From Methanomethylovorans hollandica DSM 15978 (GTDB taxonomy: Archaea; Halobacteriota; Methanosarcinia; Methanosarcinales; Methanosarcinaceae), in NCBI RefSeq assembly GCF_000328665.1, contig NC_019977.1, positions 1,852,011 through 1,916,010 of the forward strand: a stretch of 64,000 bases of DNA, given 5' to 3'. Below, piece by piece: positions 21,595-30,307 of this stretch. Below the pieces are notes generated by a model, which was given only the letters and a program-made list of their open reading frames with translations, had not been told where the DNA came from and ran no database searches. Position 1 is the first letter of the stretch, and each line of letters opens with the position of its first letter. Both the position numbers and the translations under genes were made by a program.

Positions 21595-22407
21595 ATGGAT
21601 AGAGAAATTGTAGTTCCGGGTCAACTTCTTTCCGATAATACGAATGAGTCGGGCTCCGGAACCTATGTAAAGGAGGGAAAAGTATATTCTCTCCTTTATG
21701 GAGTAGCTAATGTAAAGAACAGGATATCTGTTATTCCATTTTCCGGAAAATATATTCCTTCCAGAAAGGATTTAGTCATAGGCACTGTTTTTGAGACAAC
21801 TTCTTCAAACTGGATCTTTGATATCGGTTCTCCTTATGATGGCCTGCTGCATGTGTCAGAGTACCCAAGGCGTGTGGAATCATCCATGATGAGGGAGATA
21901 TTTAACATAGGCGATTGTGCTATCCTCAGAATAAAAGATGTGGACGCCTCTATGAAAATAGAACTTACCCTCCGGGAGAAAGGGTTAAGGAAAATAAAAG
22001 GTGGCAGGCTGCTTGAAGTACCACCTACAAAGGTACCCCGTGTCATTGGGCACAACGGTTCCATGGTCTCCATGTTAAAAAAGGAGACAGACTGCGAGAT
22101 CTTTGTCGGACAAAATGGAAGGATATGGATAAATGGCAAAGATGAGAATATGGATAAACTTTCAGAAGCTATTGATATGATCATCCGTGAATCTCATACT
22201 TCCGGTCTGACAGATAAGATCAGCCAATTCCTTCAGATAGAAGAAGAAGATACAAAGGTGGGGGAAGAAGTTGCAGACGTTGATATCGAGCAGGGAGAAG
22301 TTGTGGAAGATATAAACTCTGCTGATGAAGAAGACGGCGAAGACACGGATAAAGTTGACGAGACAAGCAGAAAGGTAGACCAGCTACTGGATGCAGAGGA
22401 AAACTGA
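21595..22407 (+). CDS. rrp4: Exosome RNA-binding subunit Rrp4 with acidic tail
   Basis: VVPGQ, S1 domain, KH domain KVPRVIG...VGQNGRIW, HTSGLTD. Confidence 0.95.
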   Translation: MDREIVVPGQLLSDNTNESGSGTYVKEGKVYSLLYGVANVKNRISVIPFSGKYIPSRKDLVIGTVFETTSSNWIFDIGSPYDGLLHVSEYPRRVESSMMREIFNIGDCAILRIKDVDASMKIELTLREKGLRKIKGGRLLEVPPTKVPRVIGHNGSMVSMLKKETDCEIFVGQNGRIWINGKDENMDKLSEAIDMIIRESHTSGLTDKISQFLQIEEEDTKVGEEVADVDIEQGEVVEDINSADEEDGEDTDKVDETSRKVDQLLDAEEN

Positions 22408-22471
22408 AAGTTCCCTGTATGTTCTGCTTATGATCAGAAAATAGAGTTAGTATATATTTGGAGAAAGTATT

Positions 22472-23455
22472 ATGGCTAATAAACCTGAGAAGTTCATTGA
22501 TGAGAATGGCCTGCGCCTGGATGGACGGGCAGTTGATGAGATGAGGCCCATGACCATCGAGATCGGTGTCTTATCAAGGGCTGACGGTTCATGTTATTTA
22601 GAATGGGGAAAGAACAAGATACTGGCAGCAGTATATGGTCCAAGGGAACTGCATCCCCGCAGGATGCAGAAACCTGATGAGGCTATAGTCAGATACCGAT
22701 ACAATATGGCAGCTTTTTCTGTAGAGGACAGAGCAAGGCCAGGACCAAGCCGCAGAAGCATCGAGATCTCAAAGGTTAGCAGAGATGCCTTTGCCCCTAT
22801 AATAATGACAAAGTATTACCCCAGTGCTGTAATAGATGTTTTTGCAGAGGTATTGCAAGCGGATGCAGGTACAAGGACAGCGGCTATTAACGCCGCCTCC
22901 ATCGCCCTTGCTGACGCCGGTATCCCTATGAAGGGACTTATATCAGCATGCGCTGTGGGTAAAGTTGACGGACAACTGGTGCTGGACCTGAGCAAGGATG
23001 AGGACAATTATGGGAACGCAGACCTCCCTATTGCCATGACCCAGGATGGAGAAATATCCCTTCTGCAGATGGATGGCAATCTGACAAAGGAAGAGTTCAA
23101 AAAAGCATTAGAAATGGCAACTGAAGGCTGCAGACAGATCTTGGAGATCCAGAAAGAAGCTTTGAAAAAGAAGTTCGAATCCCATGAAGAGGTCGTGAAA
23201 AGTCTGGTAGAAGTTGCTGAAGAAAAATTCGATGACATTCAGAACGAGATAGAACTGATAGAAGATGACTTTGAAACATCTGACTTGGAAGAGGAAGAAG
23301 GCATCGAAGTTATAGTAATTAAAAATGATGTATCTGAGTCTGCTGATGAGATATCAGAAGATGAGTTCACAGAATTAACTGAAGATGAAGATTCAGAAAC
23401 AGATAATACAGAAGATCCTGAAGCAGAGAAGGTAGGTGAAAAAGATGAGCAGTGA
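22472..23455 (+). CDS. rrp41: Exosome catalytic subunit Rrp41 with long acidic tail
   Basis: RLDGR, ADGS, YGPRE, QADAGTR, DAGIPM and LQMDG. Confidence 0.96.
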   Translation: MANKPEKFIDENGLRLDGRAVDEMRPMTIEIGVLSRADGSCYLEWGKNKILAAVYGPRELHPRRMQKPDEAIVRYRYNMAAFSVEDRARPGPSRRSIEISKVSRDAFAPIIMTKYYPSAVIDVFAEVLQADAGTRTAAINAASIALADAGIPMKGLISACAVGKVDGQLVLDLSKDEDNYGNADLPIAMTQDGEISLLQMDGNLTKEEFKKALEMATEGCRQILEIQKEALKKKFESHEEVVKSLVEVAEEKFDDIQNEIELIEDDFETSDLEEEEGIEVIVIKNDVSESADEISEDEFTELTEDEDSETDNTEDPEAEKVGEKDEQ

Positions 23456-24227
23456 AGTAATGGCCTCACTGAAGAAAGATTACATCTACAACCTGATGCT
23501 CAAAGGAAAGCGTGAAGATGGTCGCGCGTTCGATGAGCACCGAAAAATTACCGTGCAGACAAACGTAATTGAGAAGGCAGAAGGTTCTGCAAAAGTGTGC
23601 ATTGGAGATACCCAGGTACTAGTAGGTGTAAAACTACAGGTAGGGGCTCCGTTCCCCGATTCACCTGATGAAGGTGTGATCATCACAAATCTGGAGATGA
23701 ACCCGCTTGCTTCACCTGACTTTGAGGCAGGACCTCCGAGAGAGGGTGCTATAGAGATGGCAAGGGTCACCGATAGGGGAATTCGGGAATCAGGCGCAAT
23801 TGATTTAAAGGAGTTATGTATTACGGAAGGAGAAGAAGTCTGGATCGTATTCATAGATGTGCATGTACTGAATGACGATGGCAATCTTCAGGATGCTTCA
23901 TGTCTTGGTGCCATAGCTGCCCTCATGACCTCAAAGATCCCTTCAGAAAGGGAAGGTAAGGGAGAAGATGTGAAGATGCCGATCAGGGATATACCCATAG
24001 GTGTTACACTGGTGGACATCGGTGGAGAATTGATGGTAGATCCGGGACTTGCAGAGGAAACTGTAGCAGATTCAAAATTGACCATAGCATCCAACAAGAA
24101 TGGTTCGATCTCTGCGATGCAGAAAACAGGGGAAGGCATGCTGACACAAGAACAGTTGTTAAAAGCAGTGGATATGGCATGTGCTAAAGCTGAAGAGATC
24201 AGAGAGAAATATCTGCTGAACATCTGA
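23445..24227 (+). CDS. rrp42: Exosome subunit Rrp42
   Basis: REDGR, AEGSA, PFPDSP and DRGIRES. Confidence 0.95.
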   Translation: MSSEVMASLKKDYIYNLMLKGKREDGRAFDEHRKITVQTNVIEKAEGSAKVCIGDTQVLVGVKLQVGAPFPDSPDEGVIITNLEMNPLASPDFEAGPPREGAIEMARVTDRGIRESGAIDLKELCITEGEEVWIVFIDVHVLNDDGNLQDASCLGAIAALMTSKIPSEREGKGEDVKMPIRDIPIGVTLVDIGGELMVDPGLAEETVADSKLTIASNKNGSISAMQKTGEGMLTQEQLLKAVDMACAKAEEIREKYLLNI

Positions 24228-24289
24228 GGGCAAATGGTCATTGATATAAAATATTAATTTTAGTATACTGAAGATCAAGGAGAATGCTC

Positions 24290-24577
24290 ATGGCAAAGAA
24301 ATATTCAAGGAAAGGACGTGTGACCAGATCTGCAGGGCGATTTGGTGTGAGATATGGTAGGAAAGATCGCAAACTGGTTGCAGATCTTGAAGAAAAGATG
24401 CGTATGCCCCACACCTGTGCAAAATGTGCACGTCCAAGCGTAAGGAGAATAGGAACAGGTATCTGGCAGTGTAGAAAATGCGGCTATACTTTTGCTGGCG
24501 GCACATTCCTGCCTCAGACACCTGTAGGCCTTACAGTTGCCCGCTCTGTAAAGAAGGCGACAGAGATCCTGGAGTGA
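24290..24577 (+). CDS. rpl37ae: 50S ribosomal protein L37Ae (eL43)
   Basis: [12 protein letters not shown] and GIWQCRKC...FAGG. Confidence 0.96.
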   Translation: MAKKYSRKGRVTRSAGRFGVRYGRKDRKLVADLEEKMRMPHTCAKCARPSVRRIGTGIWQCRKCGYTFAGGTFLPQTPVGLTVARSVKKATEILE

Positions 24578-24589
24578 GTGATAACAACT

Positions 24590-24727
24590 ATGGGATACAA
24601 GTGCACGCGCTGCAAAAAAATAGTAGAGATAAATTATAGGGCTCTCGGTATACGCTGTGACTATTGTGGCCACCGTATACTTGTCAAAGAAAGGCCTACC
24701 TCTATTAAAAGAATAAAGGCTGAGTAA
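24590..24727 (+). CDS. rpoP: RNA polymerase subunit P (Rpo12); below the ORF-track length cutoff
   Basis: Manual translation [45 protein letters not shown]; Zn ribbon; follows rpl37ae. Confidence 0.95.
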   Translation: MGYKCTRCKKIVEINYRALGIRCDYCGHRILVKERPTSIKRIKAE

Positions 24728-24732
24728 GAAGT

Positions 24733-25188
24733 ATGCTAATTACTTCTTCTCGCAAACCTTCAATAAATACCAGGTCCCTATGCAAAAATCTTGCCTCATT
24801 TTTCCATTGTGAGAATATTAACCGTGGCAAGATGGGAATGGGCGAAGTGCTTTCCCTGGTAGAAGGTGATCCTGGACCATTATTGATAGTAGGGGAATAC
24901 CACGGGAATCCTGGAAGTTTGATCTTCTATACACCAGATGGCAGAGAACTGCTTTCTATTAGGACAAGTGTAACTACTGTAAAGAAGCTTCAGAAAAAGG
25001 TGTCTCCCAAAATACTGCCTGTAGCAACCGGACATGGCGATATTGCACCTATCCTGGCGAAGATACTTGCAATACAATTAGTTGATGAACCTTCTTCTCC
25101 TTTAGTATTGGAAATATCAGATGATCAACTCGATTTTTTCTATGAAGGCCAGGAACTGTTCAGGTTGAACATTAAAACTATCCGTTAG
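24733..25188 (+). CDS. Brix-domain ribosome biogenesis protein
   Basis: MLITSSRKPS, NRGKM and VGEYHGNPGSL. Confidence 0.88.
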   Translation: MLITSSRKPSINTRSLCKNLASFFHCENINRGKMGMGEVLSLVEGDPGPLLIVGEYHGNPGSLIFYTPDGRELLSIRTSVTTVKKLQKKVSPKILPVATGHGDIAPILAKILAIQLVDEPSSPLVLEISDDQLDFFYEGQELFRLNIKTIR

Positions 25189-25196
25189 GTGATCTA

Positions 25197-25448
25197 TTGG
25201 AAGCAACTGCAGAATCCGTTTTTGAAACGGATAGAGCATTTCTCATTTACAGGTCTCTGATGCCCGAAATAGAAACAACGGTCACTGAGCGGTCAGAAAT
25301 ATCTTTGCAGGTAATGGGAGATAAACTTACATTGAAAGTGATCGCATCAGACCTGATATCTCTGCGTGCCACAATGAATACATGGCTGCGCCTGATACAG
25401 GTAGCATATGAAGTATTGCATACCAGTATGGAATTGCAGTCCAGTTAG
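25197..25448 (+). CDS. pcc1: KEOPS complex subunit Pcc1
   Basis: ASDLISLRATMNTWLRL; superoperon position. Confidence 0.88.
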   Translation: MEATAESVFETDRAFLIYRSLMPEIETTVTERSEISLQVMGDKLTLKVIASDLISLRATMNTWLRLIQVAYEVLHTSMELQSS

Positions 25449-25496
25449 AGAAACATTAAAATCATTTAAGGTTAATTCAGATTCAGGTGAAACCAC

Positions 25497-25850
25497 ATGA
25501 GTACACAAATACCCCCTCAAGTACAAAACCAGATTGCTCAGTTGCAGCAGGTTCAACAGCAAGCACAATCACTTTCCATTCAGAAATCTCAGATGGAAAC
25601 CCTGCAGAAAGAATCTGAACTGGCTCTTGAGGAACTTGAAAAGCTTCCTGACGATGCTATAATATACAGGGCAGTAGGTGACCTGCAGATCAGATCTGAA
25701 AAACAGGAAACTGTTTTGAAGCTTAAAGAAAAAATAGAAACTTTATCTTTAAGGGTCCAATCCATTTCAAGACAGGAAGAGCGCATTTCAAAACGCTTTA
25801 GTCAACTGCAGGAACAAATACAGCAGGCAATGGGTCAGCAGGCACAGTAA
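25497..25850 (+). CDS. pfdB: Prefoldin beta subunit
   Basis: Q-rich coiled coils around the IYRAVG hairpin. Confidence 0.93.
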   Translation: MSTQIPPQVQNQIAQLQQVQQQAQSLSIQKSQMETLQKESELALEELEKLPDDAIIYRAVGDLQIRSEKQETVLKLKEKIETLSLRVQSISRQEERISKRFSQLQEQIQQAMGQQAQ

Positions 25851-25935
25851 GTGTCCTACCCTGTCCTCCTCTCTCTCCCCCCCCTCTCTGCTTTAATGCT
25901 AATACTAGTTATTTAAGTGATGAGTAGAGGTTTCG

Positions 25936-26910
25936 ATGCAGGTTGATGAAGTAGAGTTCTATAATCGCCTTCTGGACTTCAATAAGATATTATATTTGTG
26001 CCACCGGAATGCTGATCCGGATGCAGTTAGCAGTGCATTTGCACTGGCTGAAGCACTTGGCGGAACTGTAGGGCTTGTAGATGGCTATAATAAAATGGCA
26101 GCATTGCTCATCGACAAACTGGGAATAGATGTTGTTGATAAGCCCGATCCTTCTGAATACGATATTACTCTGATTGTCGATACATCTACCAGTTCACAGC
26201 TTAATGATATCAAGCTTGGGAAGTATTGCGTGATAGATCATCACTCCACAACCGCCCTTACAGAGAATGCCGAATTCTATTTGCACCGCAATGCTACATC
26301 CACAGCTGAGATTGTCTTTGATATCCTCAGATGTATGGATGCTCCTATAATGAGGCGCACAGCACTGGGTCTGCTTACAGGCATAGTAACAGACACCGGG
26401 CATTTTAAACATGCAACCGCTGAAACTTTCCATAACGTGGCGGAGATCGTCATTACCAGCGGAGTGGAATATGCCGACGTGCTGGAAATGATGACTGCAA
26501 CCCCCCAGGATATATCCATGAGGATAGCCATGCTTAAATGTGTCACCAGGGCCACGATCGAGAGGATAGATGATTGGCTTGTGGTTTGTTCACATGTGAA
26601 CTCCTTTGGTGGTGCAGCATCTTCCATGTTCCTGAATATAGGTGCAGATGTGGCTTTCATTGGGACTGAAAGGGATAACACGATCCGGGTGAGCGGACGT
26701 GCCAAAAGGGAAGCTGTGAATGCAGGGGTCAACCTGGGAAAAATAATGGAAAATATAAGTCTCAGGTATGAAGGTACTGGTGGAGGCCATGCAGGAGCAG
26801 CCGGGATAGATGTAGTGGCAGATTTGAATGAAGTACTGAATGAATGCAAGGAGCGCGTCAGGATGATACTGGAAAATAAACCTAATCCGTCCATCAGCGA
26901 ATTCTTCTGA
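25936..26910 (+). CDS. DHH/DHHA1 phosphoesterase (NrnA-like)
   Basis: HRNADPDA, VDT, IDHH, DTGHF and GGGHAGAAG. Confidence 0.9.
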   Translation: MQVDEVEFYNRLLDFNKILYLCHRNADPDAVSSAFALAEALGGTVGLVDGYNKMAALLIDKLGIDVVDKPDPSEYDITLIVDTSTSSQLNDIKLGKYCVIDHHSTTALTENAEFYLHRNATSTAEIVFDILRCMDAPIMRRTALGLLTGIVTDTGHFKHATAETFHNVAEIVITSGVEYADVLEMMTATPQDISMRIAMLKCVTRATIERIDDWLVVCSHVNSFGGAASSMFLNIGADVAFIGTERDNTIRVSGRAKREAVNAGVNLGKIMENISLRYEGTGGGHAGAAGIDVVADLNEVLNECKERVRMILENKPNPSISEFF

Positions 26911-26938
26911 TACCCATATGTTATACAGAGGCGAATAT

Positions 26939-28243
26939 ATGATCGAATACTGGAATCCTCTTACCGAAAGAATGCCCACTGAGGAACTGAACAAACTACA
27001 GGAAGAGAAACTGAAAAGTATAGTAAGATACGTCTATCAGCATTCTGATTTTTACAGGAAGAGGTTCGATGAAGCGGGAATAAAACCCGATGATATCAAA
27101 ACCCTTGCAGATGTCACAAAATTACCATTTACATATAAGAAGGACTTGAGAGACACTTATCCCACCGGGATGTTCTGTGTGCCGAATGAACAGCTTGTTC
27201 GTTTCCATGTATCTTCAGGTACAACGGGAAAACCTACTGTAGTAGGATACACTAAGAATGATGTAGACGAATGGGCTACATCGCTTGCAAGAGCTATGAC
27301 CTCTATAGGCATCGGGCGCGGGGATATAATTCAGATAAGTTATGGTTATGGCCTCTTCACGGGAGGACTTGGCCTGCATTATGGTGCTGAAGAAGTGGGC
27401 TCTACAGTATTGCCTACAAGTTCCGGGAACACGGAAAAACAAATAGAGCTCATGCAGGACCTGGGTACTACAGCCATGGCATGTACTCCATCCTATTTCC
27501 TCTTTATGGCAGAGGTTGCCAGGAGTATGGGAGTGAGCATAAGGGATGACACTAAGCTCAAAATTGGGATATTTGGAGCTGAACCCTGGTCGCAGCAGAT
27601 GCGTGCAAGGATCGAAGAAACTACGGGTATCAAAGCTTATGACGTATTTGGGACTTCGGAACTAAGTGGCCCTCTTTTCACTGAGTGTACCTATCAGGAT
27701 GGTATCCATATTTGGGCTGACCAGTTCTTGGTAGAGGTAGTCGACCCCAAGACCGGGGAATCTTTGCCTGACGGAGAAAGAGGAGAACTGGTTATCACAA
27801 CCCTTGCCAAGGAAGCACTTCCACTAATACGATATCGCATCGGGGACAACACTGTGCTTAACAGGGAACCCTGCGGGTGTGGCAGAACCCATCCACGTAT
27901 CATGCGTATACTTGGCCGTGTGGACGATATGCTTATTATAAGAGGCATCAATGTTTTCCCTGGCCAGATAGAGTCTGTGCTCATGAACATTCCGGAAGTA
28001 GGAGAACACTTCCAGATCATAGTTGACAGAATAAATGAGCTTGATGTGATGAAAATACAGATAGAGATGACCGACGCTGCCTTCAGTGACAAGGTGAAAG
28101 ATATAATAAAACTTGAAGACAAAGTTGCTTCAGCTTTACATAAAGTATTGAACCTTGCAGTGAAAGTCGAACTTGTGGAACACGGAAGTCTCCCAAGATC
28201 AATGGGGAAATCCAAGAAGGTCATCGACAACAGGAAATTATAA
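26939..28243 (+). CDS. paaK: Phenylacetate--CoA ligase family protein
   Basis: HVSSGTTGKP, YGYGLFTGGLG, GAEPWS, PLIRYR and GRVDDMLIIRGINVFP. Confidence 0.9.
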   Translation: MIEYWNPLTERMPTEELNKLQEEKLKSIVRYVYQHSDFYRKRFDEAGIKPDDIKTLADVTKLPFTYKKDLRDTYPTGMFCVPNEQLVRFHVSSGTTGKPTVVGYTKNDVDEWATSLARAMTSIGIGRGDIIQISYGYGLFTGGLGLHYGAEEVGSTVLPTSSGNTEKQIELMQDLGTTAMACTPSYFLFMAEVARSMGVSIRDDTKLKIGIFGAEPWSQQMRARIEETTGIKAYDVFGTSELSGPLFTECTYQDGIHIWADQFLVEVVDPKTGESLPDGERGELVITTLAKEALPLIRYRIGDNTVLNREPCGCGRTHPRIMRILGRVDDMLIIRGINVFPGQIESVLMNIPEVGEHFQIIVDRINELDVMKIQIEMTDAAFSDKVKDIIKLEDKVASALHKVLNLAVKVELVEHGSLPRSMGKSKKVIDNRKL

Positions 28244-28284
28244 CAACTGACACTACATTAAATAATTAAACAGATGGTGGTCCT

Positions 28285-28722
28285 ATGGAAAACAGAATAA
28301 TAAAGCAGATATCACTATTTTCAGAGAATAAGCCTGGAAGGCTTGCAAACATCGCAGATAAGTTCAGGGATGCGGGAGTGAACATCCGGGCTTTCACCAT
28401 AGCTGAAGCTGGTGACTTTGGGATCATAAGGATGGTCGTAGACAAGCCAGACCTGGCACATGAGGTATTGCATGATACGGGTTTCACTGTCTCGGAAACT
28501 AATGTGCTTGGCGTAGCGATGGAAGATGTTCCCGGAGGGCTGGCTAAGATAGCTGATGTGCTGGGCAAGGAGAATATCAATATAGATTATGCCTATGCTT
28601 TTGTCACAAAGACAGAAAAAGCGCTGCTCATCCTGAGGGTCAACGATATAAAGGCAGCAATTAGTGTTCTGGAAAGAAATAGCATTAAGTTGATAGATAT
28701 GCAGGATATAAAAGACATCTGA
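28285..28722 (+). CDS. Tandem ACT-domain protein
   Basis: QISLFSENKPGRL...NIRA and DVPGGL...NIDYAY. Confidence 0.9.
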   Translation: MENRIIKQISLFSENKPGRLANIADKFRDAGVNIRAFTIAEAGDFGIIRMVVDKPDLAHEVLHDTGFTVSETNVLGVAMEDVPGGLAKIADVLGKENINIDYAYAFVTKTEKALLILRVNDIKAAISVLERNSIKLIDMQDIKDI

Positions 28723-28814
28723 ACCTATATCCGATTTCTTTTTTAGACTTCCTGATTTCACTATCGGAACAAAAACCACTACGATTTTATAGGATCTATT
28801 AGAATTTCCATGAG

Positions 28815-29171
28815 ATGAAAGAGGAGATCAGGCAGTGTTCTACGGTTGCACAACCCCACAATAAAATCGGGGGCTCCCATACAACAATAATTGGAGGCCG
28901 GTACGGTAAAAAACTTGTGCGTCTCATAAGCCTTCATACAGAAGTTAAGAAAATAGTGCCTTCAGTGATCACTGTGAGAGGAAAGAACAATCCTGGTGGT
29001 CTTATCATTGGTAAAGTACTGCGACCGGATGATAGAGGCAACCTGAGGCTGCTTATATCCCACGGCACTTCTTCCCAGGAACTGAGGATAATCACGACTG
29101 TGGGAGATGTGCAAAGTGGGGAGCGCATAATGAATGAACTTAACCGGATGATAGAGGAACATACCAATTGA
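28815..29171 (+). CDS. DUF2103 family protein
   Basis: KIGGSHTTIIGGR...DDRGNLRLL...QELRIITT. Confidence 0.75.
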   Translation: MKEEIRQCSTVAQPHNKIGGSHTTIIGGRYGKKLVRLISLHTEVKKIVPSVITVRGKNNPGGLIIGKVLRPDDRGNLRLLISHGTSSQELRIITTVGDVQSGERIMNELNRMIEEHTN

Positions 29172-29187
29172 GCGGAGCTTGGTTAAA

Positions 29188-30174
29188 ATGATCTATGTAG
29201 GAGTGGACCATGGCACGACAGCAATGAGATTTACTGCGTTATCAGAAGGAAAAAAAGAATATATTAATCTGGAAATTCCACGTACGAATGCAGCAGCCAT
29301 GTCGGGAGAGCAGATAATAGCTGCTCTTGAAAAAAAGTTTAGGGTTAGCAGAGAAGATATAGGACTTATAGCGCTCACCTATTCCATGGGTGATGGCATT
29401 ACTGCTATAGAAGATATCCATACAGTACAACATAGGGGTGTGCAGAGTATCGAAGGGGCCGGTCAGAAGACAGGAGGGGGATCAAAAGTATTTGATGCCA
29501 TACTTAATTCCGGCATCCCTGCGGTAGTGATCCCGGGGATTCACGAAGATAGTAACACTGATCCCAGAATGAATATATTTTCTCATTCTACCAGCCCCGA
29601 AAAGATAGGGATTGCATACCATGCCCTTTGTAAGGGACATCAGGATTTTGTACTGTCTGACATCAGTTCGAACACAGTGACCCTTGGGGTGGCAAAAGGA
29701 AAGATAATAGGGGCTATAGATGCATGCATTTTTGCTCCCGGACTGCGTCATGGACCTTTGGATGTACGAGCTATCCGTGAAGTTGACCGGGGGCAGGTGA
29801 GTGCAAATGAGGCATTTACAAATACCGGTGTGCTTAAAAGAGCAGGCTATTCTAACAGAAAAGAGCTAATTGATGCTGCATCCGGGAAAGAACCACAGGC
29901 TTTACTGGCACTTGATACACTGGCATTGTTCGCTGCAATGGAAATTGCCAGCATACAGGTACTATTGAAGGATTACGGAGTACAGGGAGAGATATTCATC
30001 GAAGGTTCGGTAGCTGAGATACCCTATGTTGTTGAAAGGATAGAACATCATCTTGGTGTGCAAGGTCACGTGCTTGGCAGGTGGAGCGCAGCTATCGGCT
30101 GTGCGGAAATGGCCAGAGATATTGCAAAGGGTTCCAGGGAGATACTTGGTCTGCAAGTGAAGTTCGTACTTTGA
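29188..30174 (+). CDS. Methanogenesis marker protein 12 (ASKHA fold)
   Basis: GVDHGTTAMRF, YSMGDG, SHSTSPEK, DISSNTV and HGPLD. Confidence 0.88.
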   Translation: MIYVGVDHGTTAMRFTALSEGKKEYINLEIPRTNAAAMSGEQIIAALEKKFRVSREDIGLIALTYSMGDGITAIEDIHTVQHRGVQSIEGAGQKTGGGSKVFDAILNSGIPAVVIPGIHEDSNTDPRMNIFSHSTSPEKIGIAYHALCKGHQDFVLSDISSNTVTLGVAKGKIIGAIDACIFAPGLRHGPLDVRAIREVDRGQVSANEAFTNTGVLKRAGYSNRKELIDAASGKEPQALLALDTLALFAAMEIASIQVLLKDYGVQGEIFIEGSVAEIPYVVERIEHHLGVQGHVLGRWSAAIGCAEMARDIAKGSREILGLQVKFVL

Positions 30175-30307
30175 ATACATAAGAATTTGGCATCCTTTAG
30201 TGTCCAAATATGGGTTTCATTAATAAACCATCGGTATGTTCAAAGGACTACTTAATGTCAGACCGGATCGTTCAACTATACTTGATCAATAAAATAAGGG
30301 ATGTAAT

